The translations under genes and the position numbers were made by a program. From the NCBI GenBank assembly GCA_964035545.1, contig OZ037773.1, positions 6,415,751 to 6,479,750 on the forward strand: a DNA stretch of 64,000 nucleotides. The letters run 5' to 3'. Source of the stretch: Bugula neritina. Taxonomy: Eukaryota > Animalia > Bryozoa. Below are positions 10,797 through 23,805 of the stretch, one piece after another. How positions within the stretch are numbered: position 1 is the stretch's first letter; every line of letters starts with the position of its first letter. The notes beneath the pieces are model-generated. The model saw only the letters and a program-made list of their open reading frames with translations. It was not told the DNA's origin and did not search any database.

Positions 10797-12738
10797 TCAG
10801 TTTTCTACTTTTTCACAAAAAGAATTGCCTGGCCTGAAAATCATGGCTCTTTTCTTTCCAAGTAATCCTTCATGTTTAGGATAGTAATTACATCTGGTGC
10901 CTACAAATATATTATAAATATATCATATTATTATATTGTTATTCTATTACTATAATATACCAAATTATATTATCATATTGTTATTATATTATTTTATTAT
11001 GATATTGCACTAGTATATTGCTACTATGTTTATGTATAATACCCATATAATTGCTACGTTATATTACGATAACATGCTACTATGTTATTATACATTGTAT
11101 TTATACAAGTATTCTTACAATGATATGCTATTTAATAATCATATTGCCATATTACTAGAGTATACTATTAGTTATAGTATTATATTACTATATAATACGC
11201 TATTGGAGCATTATATTACTATAATATAATGTCACATACTAATATCTTACTACATATCATAAAACTATATTCTTATAGTACTATATTAAGATAATGTATA
11301 TTACTATAATAGGCCTATACTAGAATTCAGTAAAGCATATCGTTAGAGTAACCCAGCTCACCTGGCTCACACCCACAGCTTGTAAAGCCCGGCATGTGGC
11401 AGCTTTGCCCTTCTTTGATGTACTCTACACATGTGCCTCCTCCGGCTTTTATTGCTGAAAGAAATATAATGATTTATTGTTTTATAAATTACTGAATTGT
11501 GAATGCTAATGAGTTGTGTTCTCTTTAAAACTAGTTGATTCAGTTTGATTAAATATAGATTATCAACTAAATACATACCAGCATTTATATTGGCCAACTT
11601 TTTTGCAATAATCATATTAACATGATAAAATTTAAATAAATTTAACTAATTTTTTTCTTGTAATAAAGCAAATTCATCAAATGCTGATAGTATTTTGAAG
11701 ATTAATAATGTTAAACTTTTTGTATCACTCAACTATAAAAACTTTAAAAAATCTTTCACTTACATTCAAAGATCTTTAATTTTTTCTAAACATATAATAT
11801 AATTTCATTTGCTACATCTGATATTTATTTTAAGGGGCAAGTTTCTTATTATTTTCTAGATTATTTATTGTAATATAATAATAGATATAAGAACTTACGG
11901 AATAGACTGGGTCCACCGAAAGAGCCTGACAGGATATCTCTCTTGCTAGCAATCATCCATCTGCTGTTATCAACACAGCAGTGGGTTGAGGGGCATTTGG
12001 AGCTTTCGTTACATGAGTCCTAAATATTAATAGATGTTTGTTAAGATGTGGCAGTCTTGAAACTCAGCGCATCTGAACAAGTCTAATCAGTAGAAATGCT
12101 TGAAGCAGCACCAGGTTGGTGGTCACGGAGTGCTTTAGTGAAAAGAATCTCTAGTTTTGAATTTGGGGCTTGGAGTTTGGATACCAATGTGTATGCAATC
12201 ACTGTATTCAGTCACCGCTAACTCAGTGCTGCTTCTAACGATATTCTAGCTAGTAGAGTCAATAAAATAATAATTAGAAGTAACATGTTTGTCTTGTTTC
12301 ACTCTAGTTGCACTAAACTAACGCAAAGCTATTCTTTAACTCATTATATGCACTATAGTTTATTGAAGCACAACGGTTAGTTGTCATCTCTTGTATGCAA
12401 ACTTATAAAAGAGTAGGCAATAATTGTTGTTTTAAATTATATTTTTCCTCCCAATTCTTTTCAATACTATCTTATTCCTCTTGAGCATATAATGCATTAT
12501 AAAATAATGTAATATAATAAAATACTATATTATAATATAATTACAATATAGTGTAATATATACAATATGATATAGTCTATAATGTAATATAACATATCTA
12601 ACGCTCAGCAGCAGATAAAAATTCTATTAGTTCGCCAATAATTTCATGCCTATGGATAAAGAAGCTTGTGATGAATCTCACCTGACCCAGGGCTAGCCCA
12701 AGTAAAATAACGAGCAGAGTTACTAGAGAGTACTTCAT
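10797..12738 (-). CDS. secreted 10-Cys prokineticin/colipase-fold protein, paralog A (124 aa)
   Basis: Exons 12682-12738, 11899-12019, 11362-11454, 10797-10900 join in phase: MKYSLVTLLVILLGLALGQDSCNESSKCPSTHCCVDNSRWMIASKRDILSGSFGGPSLFPIKAGGGTCVEYIKEGQSCHMPGFTSCGCEPGTRCNYYPKHEGLLGKKRAMIFRPGNSFCEKVEN*. Signal peptide and Cys spacing C-x5-C-x4-CC..C-x9-C-x7-C-x-C-x5-C..C. Confidence 0.9.
12102..12235. mobile_element. degenerate MITE-like element
   Basis: Inverted ends GAAGCAGCAC...GTGCTGCTTC; resembles the element at 45635-45795. Confidence 0.4.
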
Positions 12739-13520
12739 AGTAGGAGCAGTTTACAAATAGTAATGTCCCTACAAGCTTCATCTTAGCTTGCCACATGATT
12801 TTCAGCAGCTCCATCTGTTTTCTCTCACAGTTTATCACTTACAGTCTGCAGTTACTTGGCAGGTTAAGGTCTTGCCACACGAAGCGATTTCGAACCAGCC
12901 GAGAGCAAAACATAAAATTGAATGAATACTGCTAGAGGCTTGTGCAAGAGATACTGAGAACTATTCAACACAAGACCACATTCCTCTTTCAATAAAATGC
13001 AACATTATTGAGAATCACAGTGATATTTCAACATGAAGTAATTTATAAGCAGGCATATGCAGATGTAGTTGGTCACTTAAGTTCCACTAACGAAACAATG
13101 GTGTGTGACTGGTAAATCCTTTATTGAATGGGCTACGATAAAATATAGATTACACCTTTATAACTATTCCTTATTGAAAAAATATAGCAACATTTTAGTT
13201 GTAGGAATTGAGTTCACTTTCAAGTTTTTTTTTTTGTAATTTCTATAACATGCCGTTGTCAGAAAGCTATACACTATTAATATTATAAGTAATATATTTT
13301 GTCAAGATGATATTGAAGTTGACTAAAATTTCAGAAGCTCTGTGACCTTGCTCAACATTTTCAAAATATTTTTACTAGTAACAATATTTCTTTAGAAGGC
13401 TTTTACATGCTACTGCTATGCTTTTGAGCTTTCTAGAATACGACAAGGTGATTAGAAAACAAAAATATAATATTGTGCTTTATTTGTTTATTTTATAGGA
13501 AAACATCCATAATTAACAAA

Positions 13521-14632
13521 TTAAGCTTCGCAAAATGAAGTCCCTGGTCTGTTAGCAATTATCCTGGTGTTCAACTTCTTGACTGCAACTTTCTCCAAGA
13601 GTGCTGGATAGTAGTTGCATTTAGTTCCTGAAAAGAGGACATTGTGATGAAAATACAAAAATAAAATACAATGATCAGCAGCTTCTGATATTCCAAAACT
13701 TTGTTATATATGATTAATTTTTTAACAAAACTTAAATTTTTCACAAAATGCAATTGGTTTTAAATTCTAAAAATAGTTACTAACAAATTTGGTTCTACTG
13801 GTGAGTTATATATTAAATTTATTTTATAAATGATATATATGATATATCATTTATAATTAAATAATATATAAATAATAAATATATGAAAACTTGTGAAAAT
13901 GATTAAGGTTTCAATTTTTTTCGCTTGAAATACACACCTGGTTCACACCCACAGCTAGTAAAGCCTAAGTAGTGGCAACTGGCACCCTTTTTCACGTAGT
14001 CTACGCATGTACCAGCATCTGATCTGAACCAGTCTGCAGGTAAAAGTAATGCAATAAAATGTAACTGGAAATAAATGCAAGTTACATGAAACAGTAACTT
14101 AGTGTGAACACAATAAACTACATAAGTTGATAGATGATACAGTAACATGCAGGGAAAAAAATTTATTTGCAGTTGTCGATGGTTGCACTCTTAAGCATTG
14201 AAGTTAATTTGCTGTTATGTAAAAAGTCAAGCTATGCAATTTTCTTCTTGTGTCACTTATAATGGCTTTTTAAGGAGATATTCTTTGGTAGACTCTTGTA
14301 TAAATATTGTTGGTCTCTTTCCGTGCCCTAAAAACTATGTGATTTGGGAAAAATGAAACATTTTTATCTAATTTATCAACAGTCTAGCAATATATTTTAA
14401 CCTATCATATAACTTTCATTTTAAATTTATAAACCATGCAACAACTGATTAAATAGTAAATGTTGAGGCATACCGTCGAGCTTAGCAAAATCGGAAACAG
14501 CACGCTTACTAGCTATCAGCCACCTGGAGTTGCTGACACAGCATTGCGTCTTCTCACAATCAGAGTTTGTTTTGCAACTGTTCTATAACATAGTAGGTAT
14601 TTGTATTCATTATAATATATACAGTATAAACA

Positions 14633-14730
<98 letters not shown>

Positions 14731-15370
14731 GACTGTATATATACTGTATACACAACTCCTTATACCATCTTATAATACATGGTTTTGTAAATATTTCTGC
14801 CCCTACAGGCAATCATACTCCCAACTTGCAAACTAGCGTGTGCTAACTGTTACACTATAGCTTCTACTGGGGAATCTCAACAACATGGGTCCAGGTGATG
14901 ATAAATGAAGTGTTTGTAACTTGAATGCAATTAAAAGCTTTTGATTCTGGCCAACTTATCAAGCTATGTGACTTGGCAAAATTTGAGTTGTTATAGATTT
15001 AATTACTTCTTATAGGTTGAATAAGCCTAAGAAATAATGTCCATCAGTCAGTTAAAGAAAAGTTTGGTAATTGTGAGTTTCCATAAATAACATTCAATAG
15101 TTATTTCATTGAACTTACATTCTTTTAAATAACATTTAGTTAACAATATTTTAAGTTTCATGTCACCAATGCAAGCATATGTGATTTACTAAAGTTTTTT
15201 TAAAATAATACGGCAATCAAATTTCAAATGCTATAAGCTTAGACATGCATAAATATTCTGTATGTCATACTAATGTTGTGTCTTGGGTTAATCAGCTAAA
15301 CACTTACCTGTGGAGCTCTCAAAGCCAAAGAACAGGCTAATGCAGCTGTCAACACAAAAAGAAACTTCAT
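13521..15370 (-). CDS. secreted 10-Cys prokineticin/colipase-fold protein, paralog B (124 aa)
   Basis: Exons 15308-15370, 14474-14582, 13938-14033, 13521-13627: MKFLFVLTAALACSLALRAPQNSCKTNSDCEKTQCCVSNSRWLIASKRAVSDFAKLDDWFRSDAGTCVDYVKKGASCHYLGFTSCGCEPGTKCNYYPALLEKVAVKKLNTRIIANRPGTSFCEA*. Intron phases 0,1,1 as in paralogs A and C. Confidence 0.9.
14634..14726. repeat. (TA)n microsatellite
   Basis: About 45 TA units in intron 1 of paralog B. Confidence 0.97.
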
Positions 15371-15589
15371 CTTTTGGTTTATGCTGTGTCTGTCAGTGAA
15401 ACACCTCAAAGAATGAATACATAAAAGATATTTTGAGGGAATTACGTAATGCTCTGAGAATTGTTCCACATGTTTCTTAAAAGCTTATTTATCTAATCTT
15501 TTATGTTAGTATGACCAAAAGAGTTTGGCGGCTATTATACGAACTAACTTACATCACATTACATAGATAATATCTTAAATGCATAGTTC

Positions 15590-15775
15590 ATAGTGACCAT
15601 ACCTGCTAGAACCCATGGTAGAATTGGAGGTTTTTTAAAGCAGGCTAAATTTGTCCGATTCTGGTAAAGTAGCAACTATGAATGCTATTTCTAACATCAC
15701 CAATGGTCTTTATCATGAATTCAAACAACTGAGTCTGTACTTACTGAGTCAATGGTCTATAGTCACTATTGACCT
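15590..15775 (-). mobile_element. degenerate copy of the tRNA-derived SINE
   Basis: Contains GGTTTTTTAAAGCAGGCTAA and ATGC...CTAACATCACCAATGGTCTTT, matching the other SINE copies. Confidence 0.5.
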
Positions 15776-16706
15776 GGTCCTGCAGATATTTTACATACTT
15801 TAATAATAATTTTCTTATTATAATCAAATTTAAAGTAACTATTCTAGAATGTTTGTAACCTTTTTAAAATCTATTCAATGAATAAACCTATAAAAACTGT
15901 AAAATACAAAGCCACGATCTTCGGTGATATGACCCTAGCCTAAAACAGTTGACAAAATCTTTTCTCTGGTTTATATAATTATATCTGTGAGCTATTTAAT
16001 ATGGTTTAACTCTTTACAGCACCTGCATATGCTTGCGCTTAGCAGTGCAAATAGATGTTTATATGTGTTACAGCTATAAAATGTTATATGCTGATTCTAT
16101 GCTCTTATAATACCTTTAGTAGGGGTAAATAATATAATATATGTAATATGCTCATTGGATTCATTCTTTTGTCAAAAAGGCAAAATAATTATTCAAAAGC
16201 ATACAATAGCTTAAGTGGAACAAAACATATGCTGCCGAAACAATATCGATTTCCATCACCAATGCAAGAAAATAAACTACAATCTTTGATCGTGTTTTTG
16301 TTGTTTAAAAGGAAACATAGCATTTAGATTCAGGAGTCATGTATGCTTCAGACTTTCACTTTGTCTCTGAAAATCCCTAAATCTCTAGAAGTAAGTTTAT
16401 GTTTAAGTACCTATTATACCCTATGGCATACAACTTTATGAAATCTCACTATATATAATATGTAACGATTAAAGTACAACCTATGTTATGAAAGCAATAT
16501 TCGGTTACAAAACTAGCGTATTTAGTTTTAAAACCATTTTCCGCAAGTATTAATAAAAGAATAAGACTATACATTTAATTACAATATATTTAAACTTTGT
16601 TTTATTGCATATTTTATATAAAAACTTTTTGATGACGATCATTGTTTATTTTTTGCAATAGATAAAAAACCAAAGCAGATCGTTAAGTTATTTACACGAA
16701 ATAAAA

Positions 16707-19025
16707 CTATGGCTCCGATTTTTCACAAAAGGAATTTCCAGGAAGTGCAATCATCCCTCTTTTCTCTGTTGCGTTGCCAATTGGAGTCGGGAGTGTTGGA
16801 AATTCTTGTGGATAGTACACGCATTCCGTTCCTAAAGTAAAGTTTTCACCACAAATGAGCTCTATATACGTAGTATTTAAATGAAGAGGATGTTTGTAGG
16901 TTTGTGAAACTTATGCAAACATTGAAACTACTCAAATTTATCTTCGAGAATCAACTTTTGTACGAAATTAATTCTTTTAGATAACATTTTGTTACAATTA
17001 GCTCAAAGTTTTACCCGCAAATTCAGGTAATTTTTCATTTTATATTTAAGTATATCTGCAAAAATCTAATTGTTTAATGAACAATAAAAACTGCTATATG
17101 TTTTATTTGGGTAAAATAATTTATCTAAATATACTCTTATTTTTAAAGTAGTCAATGGTTAAACATGTTATAATCCTATACAGATGAACATTGTTTGTTA
17201 CATTGCAAAACCAGGCATCCTATTACAATATTGTTCTTTTAAATGGGTTTTGAGTATTCTTTTATAAATATATCACATACTTGACTAATAAGATTAGCTA
17301 TTCTAAAGCTATTACCAAAACTAAAAGACTAATCGTCTCCTAATTTCTTTCACAGGTCACAAACGACTGTAGGATAATTTATGTTAAAGTATTAATATAA
17401 TTATAGGTTTGCAGGTGAGCAAGGCATAACATAATAATACAAGTATACCTGGCTCACATCCACAGCTAGTAAATCCCAGGTAGTGACAGGTAACATTCTC
17501 TTTGATATAGCTTACACACGTTCCACCATTATAGTCAAATCCATCTGAAAACATTTAAGTTTTTGAATAACTGCAATGGATGTATATTATGAAAAAAATT
17601 GTCGTAGTGTTTAGCTGTCATAATATATTATAACAACAGCGCTATAGTCAACACACTCTTGCTGTAATGAGATGCAAATTTACAATTTATATTGTGGGTA
17701 TAACCAAGATTTGTTAAACAAATATTGATTGGACAATTATCCTTCACACCTACTTTTACTCATTCTTACGCTTCTACCTTTACCCATCCCTTACCTTGTC
17801 TATACCCTGTTTATACCCTATAACCCTGTCTATACCCTACCCTATCCTACCCCCACTCCTATAACCCTACCCTACCCCTACTTTACAACTACATTACTCT
17901 ACCCTGTACCCTACCTTACCCTGCCCCACCCCTGTCCTACTCCTAATTCTTCTACTCTATTCCTTCCCCTACCATTACCCCTTTTCTTACCTCTACATCT
18001 ATAATATCTAAATCCATAATATTAACTCAAACACTACCTCTAAAACTCAACTTATTTTTTATATGCTGCAAGCAATGACGATTTAATTACTTAGAATAAT
18101 GTGAATACTAAAAGTCTACATCATCCAGTAATGCACTCAAATAACTGCTTACCTGCAAACCTGCCAACGCTGATAATTTCTCTCTTGCTGGCAATTAGCC
18201 AGCGGGAGTTGTCTACACAGCATTCACTCTCCTCACAATCATCGCTCACTTTGCAACTCTTCTACAGAAATATTATAGCAATAGAGAAATGTTTGTATGT
18301 TGAAAAACAGTGTACAGTTTATGTTATGTAATCTGATCATTATTATAGACAAGGATTTTAAGATGCACTGGCAAAGGAGTTTTGTACAGGATATAGCGCA
18401 TGTTGCTATGGTAACAACAAAAAGAGATGCTTTTTTCACTTTCATTAAAAGAATAAAGTATTCTGATGTCAGGTGATGCATGTTAAATATTATCAGTATT
18501 GTAAATACATCGACAGCAAACTAAAACAAATATATATGGAATTTTTAAGTATAAACTCAATGTAAAATGAAAACTAATACGATGTAGTTATTGAAACATG
18601 AATAATTGCGGCTATTTTAAATGCAAATTTCAAAACTATTCTTTTAAGAAAGACTAACTCTATATATTATATATGTATATAATTATATACCAAAATAACT
18701 GATGAAAGTTAATTTGATCTATTTTATGATTCGAATTATAAAATAATTTAAAATACAATCTAACTCTCTTGAACGTTTTCAATTTTAAACTACTAAAAAC
18801 GTAGTTTAAAGTTAATTTAGAGTTTTATGTATGTGTATACATGCATATATATGCTATTTACCAAACACCATATAGATATCATATGCATAAACAAGTTTCA
18901 CATTTTGCAGCCTTCTTGTTCAAGACATGAAGTTTAATAGAATAGCTAACTTTACTTACCCCTGCTGTACACATATAAATTATTCCTAGTAGAACTAAGA
19001 ACCGTAAACACAAATCCCTTGCCAT
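16707..19025 (-). CDS. secreted 10-Cys prokineticin/colipase-fold protein, paralog C (131 aa)
   Basis: Exons 18960-19025, 18153-18261, 17449-17544, 16707-16831: MARDLCLRFLVLLGIIYMCTAGKSCKVSDDCEESECCVDNSRWLIASKREIISVGRFADGFDYNGGTCVSYIKENVTCHYLGFTSCGCEPGTECVYYPQEFPTLPTPIGNATEKRGMIALPGNSFCEKSEP*. Confidence 0.9.
17745..18000. repeat. degenerate (TACCC)n low-complexity tract
   Basis: C/T/A-biased pentamer repeats in an intron of paralog C. Confidence 0.75.
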
Positions 19026-19752
19026 GTCGAAACAGTTGAATTCTGATAAATTAATGCCGAAACGTTTCTATGGGAAGAAGCATCTGGAGAGATACTTGGT
19101 GAATATTAATAACTGTTCATGACCTTGACAGTTCAAACAGCAAACCGATAGCGTGCATAGAAAACTAAAACTGTAATAATAAACTATGACGGTATTACTT
19201 TTGTCTCCCCATCAGTTTCCATTTACTTCTCCTTTTATACGACAATAAATTGAAAAAGGCTAAAATTAATAAAAACGTATTATGATACTCCTTATTTTAG
19301 TATCATAGAATTAATATTTTTTAATTAAAGTGGCATTAAAGTTTAAATTTGTTGGTTTAAGATTTTTAAAAACAAAAAGATGTAAAATTATATGTTTGTG
19401 TAGCATCCGATTCTTTAAGAAAAGCTGGAAAACTTTTGAGAATTAAATATAGAAGTGCACTTATAGTAAAAAGCTTTTGCATTCAAAATATAAAGTAGTA
19501 AAAAATAAAGTTGGTTTGTTCTCAATAAATTAAATATATTTTTCAAATTTTTTAATTCACATTTTTACCATATTTTTTATCAACTTTAAATTTGACCAGC
19601 AAGTTTAATTTTATTGAATGTCTTTCTGTAAACGCTTTCATGTTAGAAAAAAGTTTGCTATTTTGCTTAGTGTTCATCAAATGGGCTTAAAGCAGTAAAT
19701 AGTGGTAAATGCCTCATTATTCTATCTCCATTCAGGCTGTAATCTTTCTGCA

Positions 19753-21336
19753 TTAAAAATGTTCATAGTCTCCAGATTTTGAAGGTTTAGGTAGCCGAGT
19801 CAGAATATTGTTGCCAAAGTCAGTCATTTGAAATTGATGGCTGCAAGGATCAGTTGTTGGTGTTGTTCCTGGCGGGTCTATTTGTCTTACGTAAGGAGTT
19901 GCTGCTCTAGGAGGGGAAAGACTTCTCATTGGTGCTTGAGAACTTGTAGATATGGGCAAAGAAGTTTGTGGGTTTGCTTGGTTGGGAATTCCAGGTGGGC
20001 AACCACCCATGAATGGGGCGTTTCCTTGCGTTATAGGTTGAGCTGGTTCAATGCTTCCTGAAAGTGTAGGCAGACCAATTTGGGATTGAGGGGCTTGGGG
20101 ATGGTTGCTAGTAGATCTTCTAAGGAATAAATTTGTGCTTAGATTCTGGTTAAATTGTATGTTATAAATAAGTATTGAAATCATTGCCGCAAACTGGTCC
20201 GCTTCATAAAAATTGCCATAACGCTTTTTCAAAGCTACATCGCAGGAATTATTCGTACGAGACACAGCTATTCGGTTTTTTGTGTAGTCTTTGTAGAAGT
20301 TAGTACAAATGTAGCCAGTGCAATCAGTTTCTGTTCTGCTATATAAAACAAGATAGTCAGAAATGTTGGTATATGTCATTTCGTCATAAGATGAGCATCT
20401 ATTGTAGCAAAGTTGACCCACCAACTGAACGCGATTGATGTACAATTCAAATACATTTGGATTGTTAGTATAACTGAGGTGAAACAACTCCATCTCCCTT
20501 TCATTAGTTGCTTGTAACATTACACTGCTGTCTATGTTAGTATTAATAATCAGCTGGTGTTGATTGTCACCGCTTGTGAGATTGTAAGATGGCTGCCACA
20601 GGTTTGTTCTATCTGTGTGCTGCCTTGCTGTTAAATTGAAAAAAGCACCTCTATTTGCTGCTATACCCTTTAAAAGCTGATACGCATAGCTGTTAGGAAA
20701 AGTAATGAATTCGTTGTCGGCAAACTGCATGCCGCTTCGTTTGTTAGAATAAAGGTTCCAAAAAGCTAGAAACATAGCGGACATCATAATAGTTGGTGTT
20801 TGACACTTATACAAGCTGGTGCAGTACGCCTGCTTTACAGGCTCGTTACAATGAGGTGTAGGAACTTTTATTAGGAGCTGATTACTTGGTACCAAAACTA
20901 TAGAAAGTTCGTTTTGTGGATCTCGTATCACTTTAGCAAATGAAACTCGTGCCATATCGTCTGCTCTATGGATAGTCATCGTGCTTTTTCTGTTGTCCCT
21001 TTCCACATCTCTTTCGTCATGTTCGACCGTCCTATACAACATCAGCCAGTCAGTTACTTGTGACATCTTAGCTACAGTCATATACCAATTCCTTTCACCA
21101 CTGGCATAAAACCGGAAGGATGGTTTCAGATTGTCATATTCCACTCGAAAATACTTTTTGGTTGCACAGTATTTATTGGTTGCAATTACTTCAAAATACT
21201 GCTTGCCTTCTAGACTGGCTCCATACTTCTTGAATTCTAATAGATCACAATCTTTGAACATATAGTGAATAGTTTCCTCGGCGTTGTGTTCAATGTAACG
21301 CTCATGATGAGTTGCAGGGCCTGCTGCAGTAGCCAT
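19753..21336 (-). CDS. uncharacterised CDS-intronless protein (527 aa from first ATG); putative tandem scramblase/Tubby-like domains plus P/S/T/Q-rich tail
   Basis: 1.6-kb open frame in AT-rich DNA, first ATG at 21334-21336 (MATAAG...). Shares colinear motifs with ORF 29638-30942. The fold call is inference only. Confidence 0.8.
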   Translation of the reverse strand: MATAAGPATHHERYIEHNAEETIHYMFKDCDLLEFKKYGASLEGKQYFEVIATNKYCATKKYFRVEYDNLKPSFRFYASGERNWYMTVAKMSQVTDWLMLYRTVEHDERDVERDNRKSTMTIHRADDMARVSFAKVIRDPQNELSIVLVPSNQLLIKVPTPHCNEPVKQAYCTSLYKCQTPTIMMSAMFLAFWNLYSNKRSGMQFADNEFITFPNSYAYQLLKGIAANRGAFFNLTARQHTDRTNLWQPSYNLTSGDNQHQLIINTNIDSSVMLQATNEREMELFHLSYTNNPNVFELYINRVQLVGQLCYNRCSSYDEMTYTNISDYLVLYSRTETDCTGYICTNFYKDYTKNRIAVSRTNNSCDVALKKRYGNFYEADQFAAMISILIYNIQFNQNLSTNLFLRRSTSNHPQAPQSQIGLPTLSGSIEPAQPITQGNAPFMGGCPPGIPNQANPQTSLPISTSSQAPMRSLSPPRAATPYVRQIDPPGTTPTTDPCSHQFQMTDFGNNILTRLPKPSKSGDYEHF

Positions 21337-22443
21337 TTTTACTTTCTTTTTTTTAGTGACAATTGCAAAAAAATGAAACCACAATACATTTCAAAGCATA
21401 TTTGAGAATTTTAAAATTCTTTTCTTGATGTAATTCAAATTTAAAAATAACTCTTGTCAATATAATATAATTAGTTTTTAATTATCTTGAAATTTTAGAG
21501 TTGTGTATGTTTTCAGAACTTTATGTTTTTCTTTGCTTATAAAAACCTTATATTAAATTAATTAAACAAATTAATCATATTATAAGTAATGCAGTCATTT
21601 TTTGAGCAATACACAAACAACTATTATATATTGTATCAGTATTTAATAAATTAATAATAATAATAATATAACTTATAACTTATATATATATAATAATAGT
21701 TTAATAATTTATATTTGATAAAAATGTTTTATTCTAAAACGATATAATTAATGACAATACTCTGTTGAAATAAAAATTGATGAGTAAATCTAATTCATTT
21801 ACGCTGCCAGGCAAACTTCAGTTTATCTAGAAAATAAACCCTTTGAACTATAATGGCCTATAGGACAGTAAAACCGACATAATCCTGCCTTTTCAGAACA
21901 ATTTTATGAACTGCAATGGCCATACATTACCTAGTGGTTTCAAGGTGTGAGCATTTTAATACTAGTCTCAATACTCACTTACATGTCTACCTATGTCCTA
22001 CTTAATATTAAATTATTTACTAGGATGAATTATATGCTAGAAGAATTTGCTGTTGATAAATAGTAGCATGGTTCTATATAATATAGTTTTGGCTTTATTT
22101 TGTGCTATAATGAATGAGAAGTGTTGATTAACTTTTTGGAAAATATATTTCCAGACATTACATATTTAATAAATTATTAGAACTGAGTTTACAAAACTTC
22201 TTAAATTATATTACAGTCAAAAAAAATAAAGCACTGGGGGCTCACAAATTTTAGATTTATGTTTTCAACATCTATTGAAAATAATATTATATTGGTGAAT
22301 GAAAAAATTGTTGATGTTAATAACTTCAAGTGATGAAAAAATTCAACTTCAATTAGTAAGTTTTAATATTGTTGTGTACTTTTACTTTACCGAGATAAAT
22401 TATTTAAAACAATTGTTAAAATTCAATCTACTTTGAGTTGTCT

Positions 22444-23758
22444 TCACATGTTAGCTAAAGTCATTGCTCTGATGTCTATGCGCCTTTTTAGCACATTCAA
22501 TCTCTGTTGAGGCGTATTCAGTGTTGTCCTGTCCCCTACAGCAAAAAAAGTTATAATTCAGGACTGAGCAATAGAAGCACCTCTGCAAAGTATTTAAAAA
22601 ACCTTCTATATATAGTAATGCAAAAAGTCTAACAGATTATTTAGATTAAAACATTTGGCAAGCAATTCAATAACTTCAATAACAATAAATAAATCATTAT
22701 AGCAAACAAGTCCTTTTATTATCATATAAAACTTGCTGTAAAGAACCACATGTTGACATTTGCTAAAGTTATTTGAGGATACTTACCTGGGTAAATGTGA
22801 AGTCTTCCAGGGCCTATCTGCGACTTATACCAACCCTTGGGGGCCGTATTGTTTGCTGGAGCCCATGATCGAGATTGAGTGAGTCTTTGTTCCCGAAAGA
22901 ACATTCTTTGAAAACTGCGTTTTGGTTCACTTAGCACTGGAACTGGCTTCATTTGACTAGTGGTATCTACAATCAAACCATATACAGTAATCTTTTAATT
23001 GTAGATATGTACTTTAGTATAAATATTAGTTTATTATCAACTAAAGAATTCATAAAAAAATATGTTTGTATAATTTAAAACCAGCAGTTAAATCTATCTT
23101 TCATAAAATAAGCCCTATAAATGGAGAATGAGTCATTATAGCTTTTCACCTACTTAAAAACTTAAACTGCTTTTCAGGCTGTGAGTTATGCAGCTGTCAC
23201 CAGTTTACAAAAGTTCCCTCTATAGCTTTTCATTAAAAATATTTAAAGTTTGTTTTTAATTACTTCAAAAGTATATCATTTTTTTCAATAAGAGGTTTAG
23301 AATTAATTAAAGCAATTTTGGAGTTCACAGTGTAAGGTTAATTACTTCACTGTATTTGTTGATAAATTGTATTCAATTATATTCTAGTTTCTAACAAAGC
23401 TGATAGGACAAACACCTCAGCATAAATTGCTTATTTAACTCATAGATATACTAGATTGTATATGTCCTAGAAAGCTATACCGCTTTATGTAATATACTAC
23501 TAAATATAATATGTACTCAAATAAGAAGGAAATTCAATTGGTATATACCATGGTGGGAAAGCTCCCTGTGACATGGTTTCATCATGGAGCCCTGCAGTTG
23601 TTTAATATGTGTCTACAAATAGAAATGCTTAATATAGCAATCCGCATTTCATTTAGATGTGTGGTGTGTAGCGTTTATGTGATGTGTGTGATGTGTGTGA
23701 TGTGTGTGATGTGTGTGATGTGTGTGATGTGTGTGATTGTGTGTGATTGTGTGTGCGT

Positions 23759-23805
<47 letters not shown>

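Noticed and set aside
14516-14812. IYIYIY ORFs
   Set aside because: Translation of the (TA)n microsatellite.
17729-18004. Pro/Leu/Tyr-rich ORF, or interstitial telomere-like CCCTA tract
   Set aside because: Degenerate TACCC low-complexity intron sequence; no true (CCCTAA)n or (CCTAA)n array.
418-19025. Ligand-receptor pairing of the GPCR with the adjacent prokineticin-fold peptides
   Set aside because: Based on adjacency only. The receptor is CrlA-like rather than a class A prokineticin receptor, and it may be broken.
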